Source of the DNA: a virus
IMG/VR virus record: IMGVR_UViG_3300037042_006682
Location: 64,001-128,000 of that record
Length of the DNA stretch: 64,000 nt
Direction: 5' to 3' (one strand)
The number at the start of each line of letters is the position of its first letter. The first letter of the stretch is position 1. A program made the translations under genes and the position numbers. The notes under the pieces were generated by a model that worked only from the letters and a program-made list of their open reading frames with translations, ran no database searches and had not been told where the DNA came from. This document shows, one piece after another, positions 1 to 7,589 of this stretch.

Positions 1-325
1 CCTGGGCCCGCGCCTCCGCCTCGATCCCCATGAGCGTCTGGTCCGCCCACGTGTATAGGTGATGCCACCGCCACTCCGGCACCCCCGTCAGGGGGACCAC
101 CACCGTGGCCCGCGCCTCCCCCCGCACGATCAGCGTGGCCTCCAGCGTGACCTCGGCGTCCGCAGCGAGCCGATTCGCCGTATAGAGGACCGTCAGCATC
201 ACCCCCTGTTTGGGGTCCCCGTCGATCGCGTAGGTCTCCGTCCACTGCACGGGACGGCGCGCAAACGCCACCCAGTTGCGCTGCGGGACCTCCGCCACCA
301 GTCCCTCGCTCTGCTCTTCCATCAT
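1..325 (-). CDS. hypothetical protein (partial, runs off window)
   Basis: ATG at 325 overlaps the upstream TGA; frame open to the window edge (MMEEQSEGLVAEVPQRNW...). Confidence 0.6.
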   Translation of the reverse strand, partial: MMEEQSEGLVAEVPQRNWVAFARRPVQWTETYAIDGDPKQGVMLTVLYTANRLAADAEVTLEATLIVRGEARATVVVPLTGVPEWRWHHLYTWADQTLMGIEAEARAQ

Positions 326-705
326 CACAGTCCCTCCAAGCGCCGCAGGCTGCGTAACATCGCCGCCGTGCTCGCATTATCCGCATGCCAATACGCCAAT
401 AAAACCTCATGATTTAGACGCACATATGCCTTGAGCTGCTCTAGATGCGCCACCGGCACACGCGGACGCCGCGGCACCTTCAGCACACGCGGATCCTCCT
501 CAATCGTCACCACGATCTCCGCCGCCAAATTGTTGTATCCTGCCGGATAGGCCTTGATGCTCGCCCCATGGCGGATCCCGCGTTTATTGCGAATATAGAT
601 GGGATACGGCAACCCCGATTCCGCAGGCAGCACGTTCGCCACCTCAAAGAGATAGTCCCCTGTCACGCGATCAAGCACCTCGCGCATCAACATCCGCATC
701 CGCAT
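325..705 (-). CDS. DUF4160-like small phage protein with ...LFE|VAN leader
   Basis: AGGAGG RBS before ATG 705; EVANVLPAESGLPYPIYI...RHGASIK pattern. Confidence 0.55.
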   Translation of the reverse strand: MRMRMLMREVLDRVTGDYLFEVANVLPAESGLPYPIYIRNKRGIRHGASIKAYPAGYNNLAAEIVVTIEEDPRVLKVPRRPRVPVAHLEQLKAYVRLNHEVLLAYWHADNASTAAMLRSLRRLEGL

Positions 706-713
706 AGCGCCTC

Positions 714-1346
714 CTACACGAGCGTCGTTACCTGCCCCCCACGGGCAAGCCGCACCTGCTCCTTGATCTGCACCGCGAGCCAATCCTGGATCGCGCTCAT
801 CGCCGCCGTGGCATCCGCCGCATCGTCCAGGGGCTCCATACACCCCACCTCGGCCCGCACGAACTCAAAGCAATGCTCCATGCGCGGGATCTTCTTGACC
901 GTGCACCCATAGGTCACGCCAATCACGCGCGCCCAGCACGCCGACGGGAACGTCAAGGTGGGCGTCGGGGGCTTGTGGTCCTTGTCGGCGTGCACCCACG
1001 CGATCTCCGCATCGAGCACACCGCGCGCGGCCCCCGCCAGCGCCTCGAACTGCGCCGTGCGGTTCCCCTCCAGCGCGAACCGCGCCTCCAGGCGCACCTG
1101 CACGCGGATGAACTCCTTGGGCCGGATCTCCGTCGTGGCCTGCGCCTCGACCGTGAGCTGCCGCCCCCCCGTGGCCTGCTCAGCTGCCCGCGCCGGCGCC
1201 GTCATCACGGTCCGCGTGGGGGCACAGCCCGGCTGCGCGTTGGCGTGGACCCCGGCCGTGGCGCGGATCACCGTCGCCTGAACCAGCGCCTTGCGAGTGG
1301 CCTTGCGGTACTTCTTGCTATTTTTCTTGGCTTTTTTGCCGCTCAT
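714..1346 (-). CDS. hypothetical protein with basic N-terminus
   Basis: GGAGG RBS before MSGKKAKK; downstream of the promoter at 1398-1426. Confidence 0.7.
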   Translation of the reverse strand: MSGKKAKKNSKKYRKATRKALVQATVIRATAGVHANAQPGCAPTRTVMTAPARAAEQATGGRQLTVEAQATTEIRPKEFIRVQVRLEARFALEGNRTAQFEALAGAARGVLDAEIAWVHADKDHKPPTPTLTFPSACWARVIGVTYGCTVKKIPRMEHCFEFVRAEVGCMEPLDDAADATAAMSAIQDWLAVQIKEQVRLARGGQVTTLV

Positions 1347-1397
1347 CGTGTCCTCCAAGAGGTGCCAGCGGCCCCGCACAACACGGGGCCTGCCCAC

Positions 1398-1426
1398 AAC
1401 GTAACCGCTCGAACACAGTTTGTCAA
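1398..1426 (-). promoter_or_regulatory. sigma70-like promoter TTGACA-N17-TACGTT
   Basis: consensus -35, 17-nt spacer, TAnnnT -10; intergenic. Confidence 0.75.
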
Positions 1427-1441
1427 CACACCGTCCCCCCC

Positions 1442-1993
1442 CTAGGCTTCTTCAACCAAGGCCCCGACGGCCCGCCACCGCCGCTCGATCAGCGCCCGCA
1501 GGCGATCGGGATGCAACACCCTCCGCCGCTGATCGGCGTGGTCAGTAGAGTAACGCTCGTGATAGACCTCCAGCGCCTCCACAACCCCAACGATCTGCGC
1601 CTGGGAGTAGAACGCGCGCCCCCCCCGCGAACGATACGGCGTCGGCGGAAACATGCCACGCCGCGGCCACTCCTTCACGGTGTCCCGCGGGATCCCCAAG
1701 GCCATAGCCATGGTGGTCAACGAGTAGCCACGCACCGGCCCCAAGGGCCCCTCACACACGATCCCCCGCGCGTCCTCGTCCTCCTGCTGCGCCCGCCCCC
1801 AGGCTTCCCGCGCCCGCCGATGGCGCTCCTTCGAGGCCGTCGAGGCCTCGCAAATCGCTTTGTGGTACGCCGCATCTTCCTGGTACCGCCGCCGCTTCGC
1901 CTCAGCCAGCTCCTCGCGGCGCGTCAAATAGTACTGCTGTTGGTACGCCGTCCGGTCCGGCGGCGTCCGCTCCCCTGTCTTTTCCGCTGTCAC
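1442..1993 (-). CDS. MerR/excisionase-like HTH DNA-binding protein
   Basis: YSLTTMAMALGIPRDTVKEW...GGRAFYSQAQI winged-HTH pattern. Confidence 0.6.
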   Translation of the reverse strand: MTAEKTGERTPPDRTAYQQQYYLTRREELAEAKRRRYQEDAAYHKAICEASTASKERHRRAREAWGRAQQEDEDARGIVCEGPLGPVRGYSLTTMAMALGIPRDTVKEWPRRGMFPPTPYRSRGGRAFYSQAQIVGVVEALEVYHERYSTDHADQRRRVLHPDRLRALIERRWRAVGALVEEA

Positions 1994-2032
1994 ACCCCGA
2001 TCCTCTCACAACCACGCACCTGCACCATGACA

Positions 2033-2061
2033 CACTTAACCTACCACTGGAGGTTTGTCAA
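2033..2061 (-). promoter_or_regulatory. sigma70-like promoter TTGACA-N17-TAAGTG
   Basis: GTTGACAAAC family member overlapping the helicase stop. Confidence 0.55.
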
Positions 2062-5000
2062 CGGCCAGGCACCCCTGCGCTTCCTCCCCCGGCAGCGCCA
2101 CCCCCATGCGGCGATAAAATTTGTCGCGCCCCCTTGCCTTGCGCTCGCTCCACGCCACCTTGGGATCCCGCACGTCCACCACCACCGGCGTGGGCTTGCC
2201 CGTGCACTGCCCCGCCCGCCAGGGGCAGTAGTGCGCGCACTTCTCGGGGGCCGGCGTGCACCACCGCCGCACCCGGCCGATCGCCTGCTCCGCATCCCCC
2301 AGGGGGGTCGCCAGCACGATCACGTCCAGGGCGGACACGTCGAGGCCCTCCGCGACGAGCTGGATCGTGCAGAGCAACACGTTCGCGCGCTCCGCCTCCC
2401 GCAGCGCCTCGCGCGTCAGGGTGCGCTTGGCCTCCCCCTCCTCCACGGTGAACCACTGCCCCGTGTAGGGCGCGATGGCCACCGGGAACGGCGGGGGCGC
2501 CACCTCCAGGATCTTGCGCAAGTCCGCCCGGAACGCCCGCAGGTGCTCCAGCCGATGGCTCACAACCATCACCTTGCGCCCCTTGCGCACCGCGATGGCG
2601 ATGTCCTCCGCGATGTGCCGCGTGCGCGCCGCGTCCTCCCCGAGCTGGCTGATCACCTGCGCGCTGTTCATGCGCATCGCGCTCACCCGGTAGTCCCCGC
2701 GCCGGATCCCCGTCAGCTCGCTGTCCGACTGCAGGAGGCGCACCCCGAACGGCATCGACTGGGCCTGCATGGTGTGCAGGATCGGCCCGATGTGGTGGAA
2801 GAACACGGGCTCCGCCCGATCCGCGCGCCGCGGCGTCGCCGAGAGCCCCAGGCGGTACGCCGCCATGAAGCGGTGCGCCACGCTGCTCCACACCTCAGAA
2901 CCAATATGATGACAATTATGAACAACAATACCACCATCAAGAACATAGGATGGATGGCCCGAGACGCTCAAATTGAAGACATCAACGCAATCTCCATCAG
3001 TGCGGAATCCAAGTCGCTCAAAATCCTCTCGTTGCGCAACCGCAACACCAACCACCCTTTCTCCCTCAAAAAACGATCCTTCTTCGCATCGCGGTCCTTC
3101 GTCTTTACTGAGTGAGAATACCCATCCACCTCGATCGCTAGCTTCATCATCGGATGTGCGACGTCTATCTTGTAGCAATTCGGCAACCTGGATGGATTGT
3201 TCTTCGGCCGTGATGTCAGAACAACGAACTCCGCGATCCATCCATCTCCCAGCGCTTCTAGCAACACACGCTGTGGAACAGGCATGTCGCATCCATTCCC
3301 CCCTCGTTTTTTTAACGGCACAAACCCATTCCTCTGTTTGGTCTCCATAACCTTTGCGATCACGCCAAGCATGCGCATAGGGTTCTTGTCGCGCATACGG
3401 AGCGAAGCGCTTTCCCTCAGCGAAGAATCCTTCGCATGTCTTTCTAGCATCATAGAGGAATACACCGTCGAATGATCCAGCATGTAAAGACTGTGTGCTT
3501 TCTGCTGACAAGACACCGAACAAAACCTTCTTTGCCTCCCCATCAGTTTGTTCTCTCCGCAAAAAGCGCAAAAAGGACGACCATTCATAGTCCTCTGTCG
3601 TATCCCCTGTGCCGAACATGTCATCGAGCAGAACTTCCGTCCCTTCCTGACGCTGTTCTCCTTCCCGCAAAACGCACATGTTCCCGGTGTGTTCTTGACT
3701 GCCTTCTCCATGTTCCATCCTCATCCTGGTGCAATCATCAAAACTTACCAGAACGTCTCCACACAACGAACTGGCATGCTTCCATCCATCAACAGTCAAA
3801 AACGGATGGTTCTTGGTACATACAATATCAACACCACACAAAAGGCTAACAACAACACAATCGCTCACACACACGCTCCGCTTAAAAACATGTTCAACAA
3901 CACCTTCCCCAAGAGCATTAAAAACCGTCATCCCAATCACAACATCCCCAATAGCCACCTTGCCATCTGGGGTATCGATCTTCTGCTCAGCGGGAAAGCA
4001 CTCATCTGAAACGAACAGCCCGAACGCCTCGTACAGGGCGCGCGGGTAGCGCTGCGTCTGCACGTCCTTGGCCAGGGACTGGATCATGGCGATCACGAAG
4101 TCCTTGTCACGGTAGTCGCAGGTGTCCTGGCGCACCACGCCGATCCGCGCGGCCGGCAGCACGTCCCGGATGCGGGCCGCCCACTGCTCCAGGAAGAACT
4201 CCTTGTGGACCACCACGAGCGTGGCCCGCCCCAGGCGCCGCGCCAACTCCACGGCCAGGATGGTGTTATGCGTGGGCACGCAATTCCGCGTCAGGTAAAG
4301 GTGGTTCGGCGCATCAACCGCAATGCACGTTGCCAATCCTTTCCCAATGGCCGTCACAGACTCCACCGCACGCCCGACCTTGCGTTGCCAGCCATTGCGA
4401 TAAAACTCCGCCTTCTTGCGTGAAAATCTAAAGGGGCAAATGTCTGCTGGGAGTTTTATGTGTAGTCGAAAGCTATCAAACCATCGCGAGTGCACTCCAT
4501 CCTTTGTGTATCGCGTCTGACGTTTCACCAGTTTGCACGTACCCCCCAGAGAGAAAACAATCCGCTGGACCGCATGGGCGATCTGGTCTGATACCGTAGC
4601 ATACTCAACACTTCCGCCTCCACTTGCATATCCGTCTGTATCAAACAGTCCCTGGAGAAGGGATACCCGTGTTGCGACAGATCCACCTTCGTAAACTGTC
4701 GGAATAAATTTATCGTGTGCGGTCAGCCCGAGCATGCCTAGCTTGCGCATGCGCTTTCTGAACGATCCTTCTTGTTGACCAAATTTGATCGGTGGAGAAA
4801 AGCGATAAACCGCAGTATAGCCAGCACGTTGCTTGAGTGCCATTACACGATTTGGCGGCTCTACTGTCATCATATCTACGATCTCTCTATCGGGTGTGCA
4901 TACAGAGATCCCATTGGTGTTGCAAAAGTGGCCATCCCCAATGAGAACACCGAGCGTGTATGGCTCAAAAATCATTTCGCCATCTACCCCCTCAAGGGGG

Positions 5001-5707
5001 GCCATCGTTGGAAGCCACAGTAAACGCCCAACGCTCGTGCGCAGAGTCTCCCGCGCTAGGTCATGCGTCGAAATCGTAACCGTTGGCGCATCACGCTTAC
5101 GCCGCTTCACCAGCGTCCACAGGTGATCCCCATCACAATCCACGTGCGTTCCATCAGAAAATGCGACGCGGAATAGGTCGCGCTCCCCCTGCGGGAAGAC
5201 ACCCGTCACGCGGTGGAATCCACCATCGGTGCCTGCAGCCTCGTCACCAACACGCACCTCCTCAATGGAAGTCCATCCGCGTCTAAGCAAGACAGGCTCT
5301 CCGTGCGCGAGCGCCTTCCCGCTCCCGCAGCCCGCGCAGAGGATGCCCCCGCCCCAGGGGTGCGCCGTGAGGCGGTGCTCCAGCACGGCCAGGGCCTCCG
5401 CCTGCTGCGCGAAGGGGCCGTCCGCCCGGTAGCGCGAGGCCATGCGCTGCATGGGCTGCCCCATGCTCACCTGGACGATCTCCTCGTTCTGTCCCTTGGC
5501 CGAGGCGCGGTAGAACCCGCGCGGCACCCCGAAGAGCCCCACCTCGGGGCGGTCCCGGTAGAGCATGAGGGGCTTGGGCTGCGCGACCCCCGCCACGTCC
5601 GTGGTCAGGATCGGCTGCACGGTCAGCGCCGTGCGGAGCGCCCGCAGGTTGCCCTCGCTCAGCGCCCCCCGCTCCAGCCACGCCCACCCGTCGATGATCA
5701 CGCGCAT
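2036..5707 (-). CDS. SF2 DExH helicase (UvsW/SSL2-like) carrying two inteins
   Basis: Walker A GCGSGK|T and DE|CH both interrupted; LGLSATP, EGLDV, QAIGRVRR motifs; GGAGG RBS. Confidence 0.9.
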   Translation of the reverse strand: MRVIIDGWAWLERGALSEGNLRALRTALTVQPILTTDVAGVAQPKPLMLYRDRPEVGLFGVPRGFYRASAKGQNEEIVQVSMGQPMQRMASRYRADGPFAQQAEALAVLEHRLTAHPWGGGILCAGCGSGKALAHGEPVLLRRGWTSIEEVRVGDEAAGTDGGFHRVTGVFPQGERDLFRVAFSDGTHVDCDGDHLWTLVKRRKRDAPTVTISTHDLARETLRTSVGRLLWLPTMAPLEGVDGEMIFEPYTLGVLIGDGHFCNTNGISVCTPDREIVDMMTVEPPNRVMALKQRAGYTAVYRFSPPIKFGQQEGSFRKRMRKLGMLGLTAHDKFIPTVYEGGSVATRVSLLQGLFDTDGYASGGGSVEYATVSDQIAHAVQRIVFSLGGTCKLVKRQTRYTKDGVHSRWFDSFRLHIKLPADICPFRFSRKKAEFYRNGWQRKVGRAVESVTAIGKGLATCIAVDAPNHLYLTRNCVPTHNTILAVELARRLGRATLVVVHKEFFLEQWAARIRDVLPAARIGVVRQDTCDYRDKDFVIAMIQSLAKDVQTQRYPRALYEAFGLFVSDECFPAEQKIDTPDGKVAIGDVVIGMTVFNALGEGVVEHVFKRSVCVSDCVVVSLLCGVDIVCTKNHPFLTVDGWKHASSLCGDVLVSFDDCTRMRMEHGEGSQEHTGNMCVLREGEQRQEGTEVLLDDMFGTGDTTEDYEWSSFLRFLRREQTDGEAKKVLFGVLSAESTQSLHAGSFDGVFLYDARKTCEGFFAEGKRFAPYARQEPYAHAWRDRKGYGDQTEEWVCAVKKTRGEWMRHACSTACVARSAGRWMDRGVRCSDITAEEQSIQVAELLQDRRRTSDDEASDRGGWVFSLSKDEGPRCEEGSFFEGERVVGVAVAQREDFERLGFRTDGDCVDVFNLSVSGHPSYVLDGGIVVHNCHHIGSEVWSSVAHRFMAAYRLGLSATPRRADRAEPVFFHHIGPILHTMQAQSMPFGVRLLQSDSELTGIRRGDYRVSAMRMNSAQVISQLGEDAARTRHIAEDIAIAVRKGRKVMVVSHRLEHLRAFRADLRKILEVAPPPFPVAIAPYTGQWFTVEEGEAKRTLTREALREAERANVLLCTIQLVAEGLDVSALDVIVLATPLGDAEQAIGRVRRWCTPAPEKCAHYCPWRAGQCTGKPTPVVVDVRDPKVAWSERKARGRDKFYRRMGVALPGEEAQGCLAVDKPPVVG
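2915..4000 (-). mobile_element. intein 2 (362 aa, Cys1...His-Asn/Cys+1) in the DECH motif; no in-frame endonuclease
   Basis: CFPAEQKIDTPDG start, CTKNHPF block B, VFNLSV block F, VVHN|C end; low GC. Confidence 0.9.
2968..3711 (-). CDS. Zn-finger + DUF559/Vsr-like endonuclease nested out of frame inside intein 2
   Basis: two CxxC...FCSxxC repeats, KNPM NUMOD-like segment, YKIDVA...LAIEVDGYSH...RDAKKDRFLREKGWLVLR; GAGGA RBS upstream. Confidence 0.85.
   Translation of the reverse strand: MEKAVKNTPGTCAFCGKENSVRKGRKFCSMTCSAQGIRQRTMNGRPFCAFCGENKLMGRQRRFCSVSCQQKAHSLYMLDHSTVYSSMMLERHAKDSSLRESASLRMRDKNPMRMLGVIAKVMETKQRNGFVPLKKRGGNGCDMPVPQRVLLEALGDGWIAEFVVLTSRPKNNPSRLPNCYKIDVAHPMMKLAIEVDGYSHSVKTKDRDAKKDRFLREKGWLVLRLRNERILSDLDSALMEIALMSSI
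4265..5314 (-). mobile_element. intein 1 (350 aa, Ala1 class-3 type) with LAGLIDADG endonuclease, in Walker A
   Basis: ALAHGEPV start; DHLW, TCIAV and PTHN|T give the WCT triad; LGVLIGDG and LQGLFDTDG motifs. Confidence 0.9.
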
Positions 5708-5722
5708 GGGGTCTTCCCTCCG

Positions 5723-5803
5723 TGAGCCAGGCGGGCCTCGAACCCGCAACCTCCCCCTCACTGGTACCGTGGGGGCGCGCTACCTACTTGGCGCCACTGA
5801 CCC
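5723..5803 (-). ncRNA. tRNA-like cloverleaf with aberrant 13-nt anticodon loop and no encoded CCA
   Basis: GGGTCAG/CTGGCTC acceptor, GCGC/GCGC D arm, CCCCC/GGGGG anticodon stem, GCGGG-TTCGAGG-CCCGC T arm. Confidence 0.65.
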
Positions 5804-5863
5804 AAACACCCCGTTTTTCCGCACGGGGTCACACGGTCCGTCGCTGCCAACAACGGGTATCGG

Positions 5864-6244
5864 TCATTTTTTCTTGTTCTTTAGCCTGTTGATCTCGTGA
5901 TCAGTGTTCGCTTTTCGACACAAGGCACACCGACATCCGTGTGTTTTGTATCCCGACAATGTTCCATGTGATTCCTCTAAGTCGAATTTAGGCTTATGGT
6001 GCAATCTGTTGTGGCATGTAACGCATATCACAACACACTTGGCTAACTTCTCTTCGCGTCGTTTTTCCGACCAAGACCACACCTTGTGGTCAACCTTATT
6101 TTCTGGGTTTAAGTGGTGTACTAATAAATTCACCGACGACCCACACCACACACAAACGGGATGTTCTTTCATCCATGCGTCGCGTCTCCTCTTAATCCAT
6201 TCACGTTGGTAATCACGTTGCTTTTGGCATACTCCGTATCCCAC
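5864..6244 (-). CDS. free-standing HNH endonuclease
   Basis: CVWCG...LLVHH...CVTCHNRLH plus C-terminal HGT..GY...GCRC..C; low GC. Confidence 0.85.
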   Translation of the reverse strand: MGYGVCQKQRDYQREWIKRRRDAWMKEHPVCVWCGSSVNLLVHHLNPENKVDHKVWSWSEKRREEKLAKCVVICVTCHNRLHHKPKFDLEESHGTLSGYKTHGCRCALCRKANTDHEINRLKNKKK

Positions 6245-6271
6245 ACAACACCCAATTATCCACTAATCCAG

Positions 6272-6620
6272 TGGAGGACCTGGCGAGAATCGAACTCGCG
6301 TCCAAGCATACATCCTGCACGTCCTCATCCACAGGCTTGGCGGCGTCGATTGTCCGGGGTGCCGCCGCATCGCCCCTGACCAGGTTTCCCGCCGTATCTT
6401 AGATGGAGCTACTGCGAGTCCTCGCGTCCACCGCACCCTACTTAATGACGTCGGTCCATCGCACTCTAGGGGGAGCACAAAGCCGACGGGCCGAGGCTCA
6501 CGCCGCGGCCTGATACTCCTGCTGTTTGGCATTTGTATGGTGGCGCCTCTATACCCTGTGAGCGCCATCAGGGGCCTGCAAACATGCCATCCATGTGCCT
6601 GTCGAAACCATTTCAGGCCC
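6272..6620 (-). ncRNA. ssrA: tmRNA, tag peptide (A)AKQQEYQAAA
   Basis: 5' GGGCCTGAAATGGTTTCGAC; 3' GCGAGTTCGATTCTCGCCAGGTCCTCCA; G3-U wobble; tag ORF 6530-6498 after ATACAAAT. Confidence 0.93.
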
Positions 6621-6628
6621 ACATTCTC

Positions 6629-6648
6629 CTGCGCACGCGCGTGCGCAG
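6629..6648. promoter_or_regulatory. 20-bp RY palindrome CTGCGCACGCGCGTGCGCAG
   Basis: perfect palindrome 8 nt upstream of the tmRNA 5' end; member of a recurring family. Confidence 0.6.
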
Positions 6649-6650
6649 CC

Positions 6651-6720
6651 AAAAAAGCGCGGGGCCCGCGCCATGGAGGCCCAGCGGTGAAGGATCCGCC
6701 GGCCCCCTCGGGCCCCGCAC
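6651..6720 (-). terminator. intrinsic terminator-like stem plus U6 after the SSB gene
   Basis: GTGCGGGGCCCG...CGGGCCCCGCGC followed by TTTTTT. Confidence 0.55.
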
Positions 6721-6729
6721 AAACACCGC

Positions 6730-7488
6730 CTAGTAGCTCGCGCCCTTGGGCTCATCCCAGGGCTCTTTCCGCTTCGTCGAGGACCGCGCTGCCAGCCGCT
6801 GGAGCTGGTCGAACGTGGGGATCGGGAACTCCTTGTAGTAGTCGTATGGCCCCAGCTCCTTGAGGTGGTCCGGGTTGGCCCCGAGTTCGAGGAGGTAGCG
6901 CTTCACGTCCTGCAGCGCGATGCGCTCCACGAACTGGTGGTCCGAGCCCACGGTCTCGCTCAGCGAGCCCTCGCGGCTCACGTCCCACACGGTCCCCGCG
7001 AGGTCCCCGCCGTTGGCGATGGCCCGCTTGCGGAGGCGCGTCAGCACGCCGGGCTTGTCCTCCGACCCCCGCTTGGCCCCGTAGAGCTTGCGCATGAACT
7101 GGTAGCTCTTGCTGGGGTCCTTGACGCCCTTGTAGGCCGACAAGAGGGCCTTGCCGTTCTCGTACACGACCATGCCCAGGTCGATCACCGTGAACCAGCC
7201 GAAGAAGAGCGGCCAGTTCTTGATCTCGCACAGGGGGCACCCCCGCCCGCCCGCGTTGTTGGGCAGCGCGTTCTTCTCCAGGCAGAGGTAGAGGTCGTGC
7301 TCGTTGTTGATCTTCCAGGTGTCGTGGAAGTACGCGGGGAACGGCATCCCGTCGAGGAAGAGGACCCGCCGCGTCTCCCCGTCCTTCATGTAGAACTTGC
7401 GAAGGCCGAGGTCGCTAGGGTTCTTGTCCTTGCTGTAGTCCTCGGTGCTCTCCCAGCCCGCTTGGGCCCATCCCGTCTGCTGTGTCAT
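6730..7488 (-). CDS. single-stranded DNA-binding protein (gp32-like)
   Basis: RRVLFL...H...C...CPLC Zn site, aromatic-rich; adjacent to primase/helicase; AAGGCGAG upstream. Confidence 0.6.
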   Translation of the reverse strand: MTQQTGWAQAGWESTEDYSKDKNPSDLGLRKFYMKDGETRRVLFLDGMPFPAYFHDTWKINNEHDLYLCLEKNALPNNAGGRGCPLCEIKNWPLFFGWFTVIDLGMVVYENGKALLSAYKGVKDPSKSYQFMRKLYGAKRGSEDKPGVLTRLRKRAIANGGDLAGTVWDVSREGSLSETVGSDHQFVERIALQDVKRYLLELGANPDHLKELGPYDYYKEFPIPTFDQLQRLAARSSTKRKEPWDEPKGASY

Positions 7489-7560
7489 GGTGTCTCGCCT
7501 TTCCTCGTGTTGCGCTCAGTCAACTGAGTGGGGATCCGATCACAACATGTGATCGCCCCC

Positions 7561-7589
7561 GTCCTACCGCATCCCTTATGGTTTGTCAA
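7561..7589 (-). promoter_or_regulatory. sigma70-like promoter TTGACA-N17-TAGGAC
   Basis: GTTGACAAAC family; upstream of SSB. Confidence 0.55.

Noticed and set aside
5723-5803. Functional tRNA-Val(TAC)
   Set aside because: Anticodon arm is non-canonical (no U33, extra pairs); reported as tRNA-like instead.
6263-6652. 129-aa ORF
   Set aside because: Coincides with the tmRNA.
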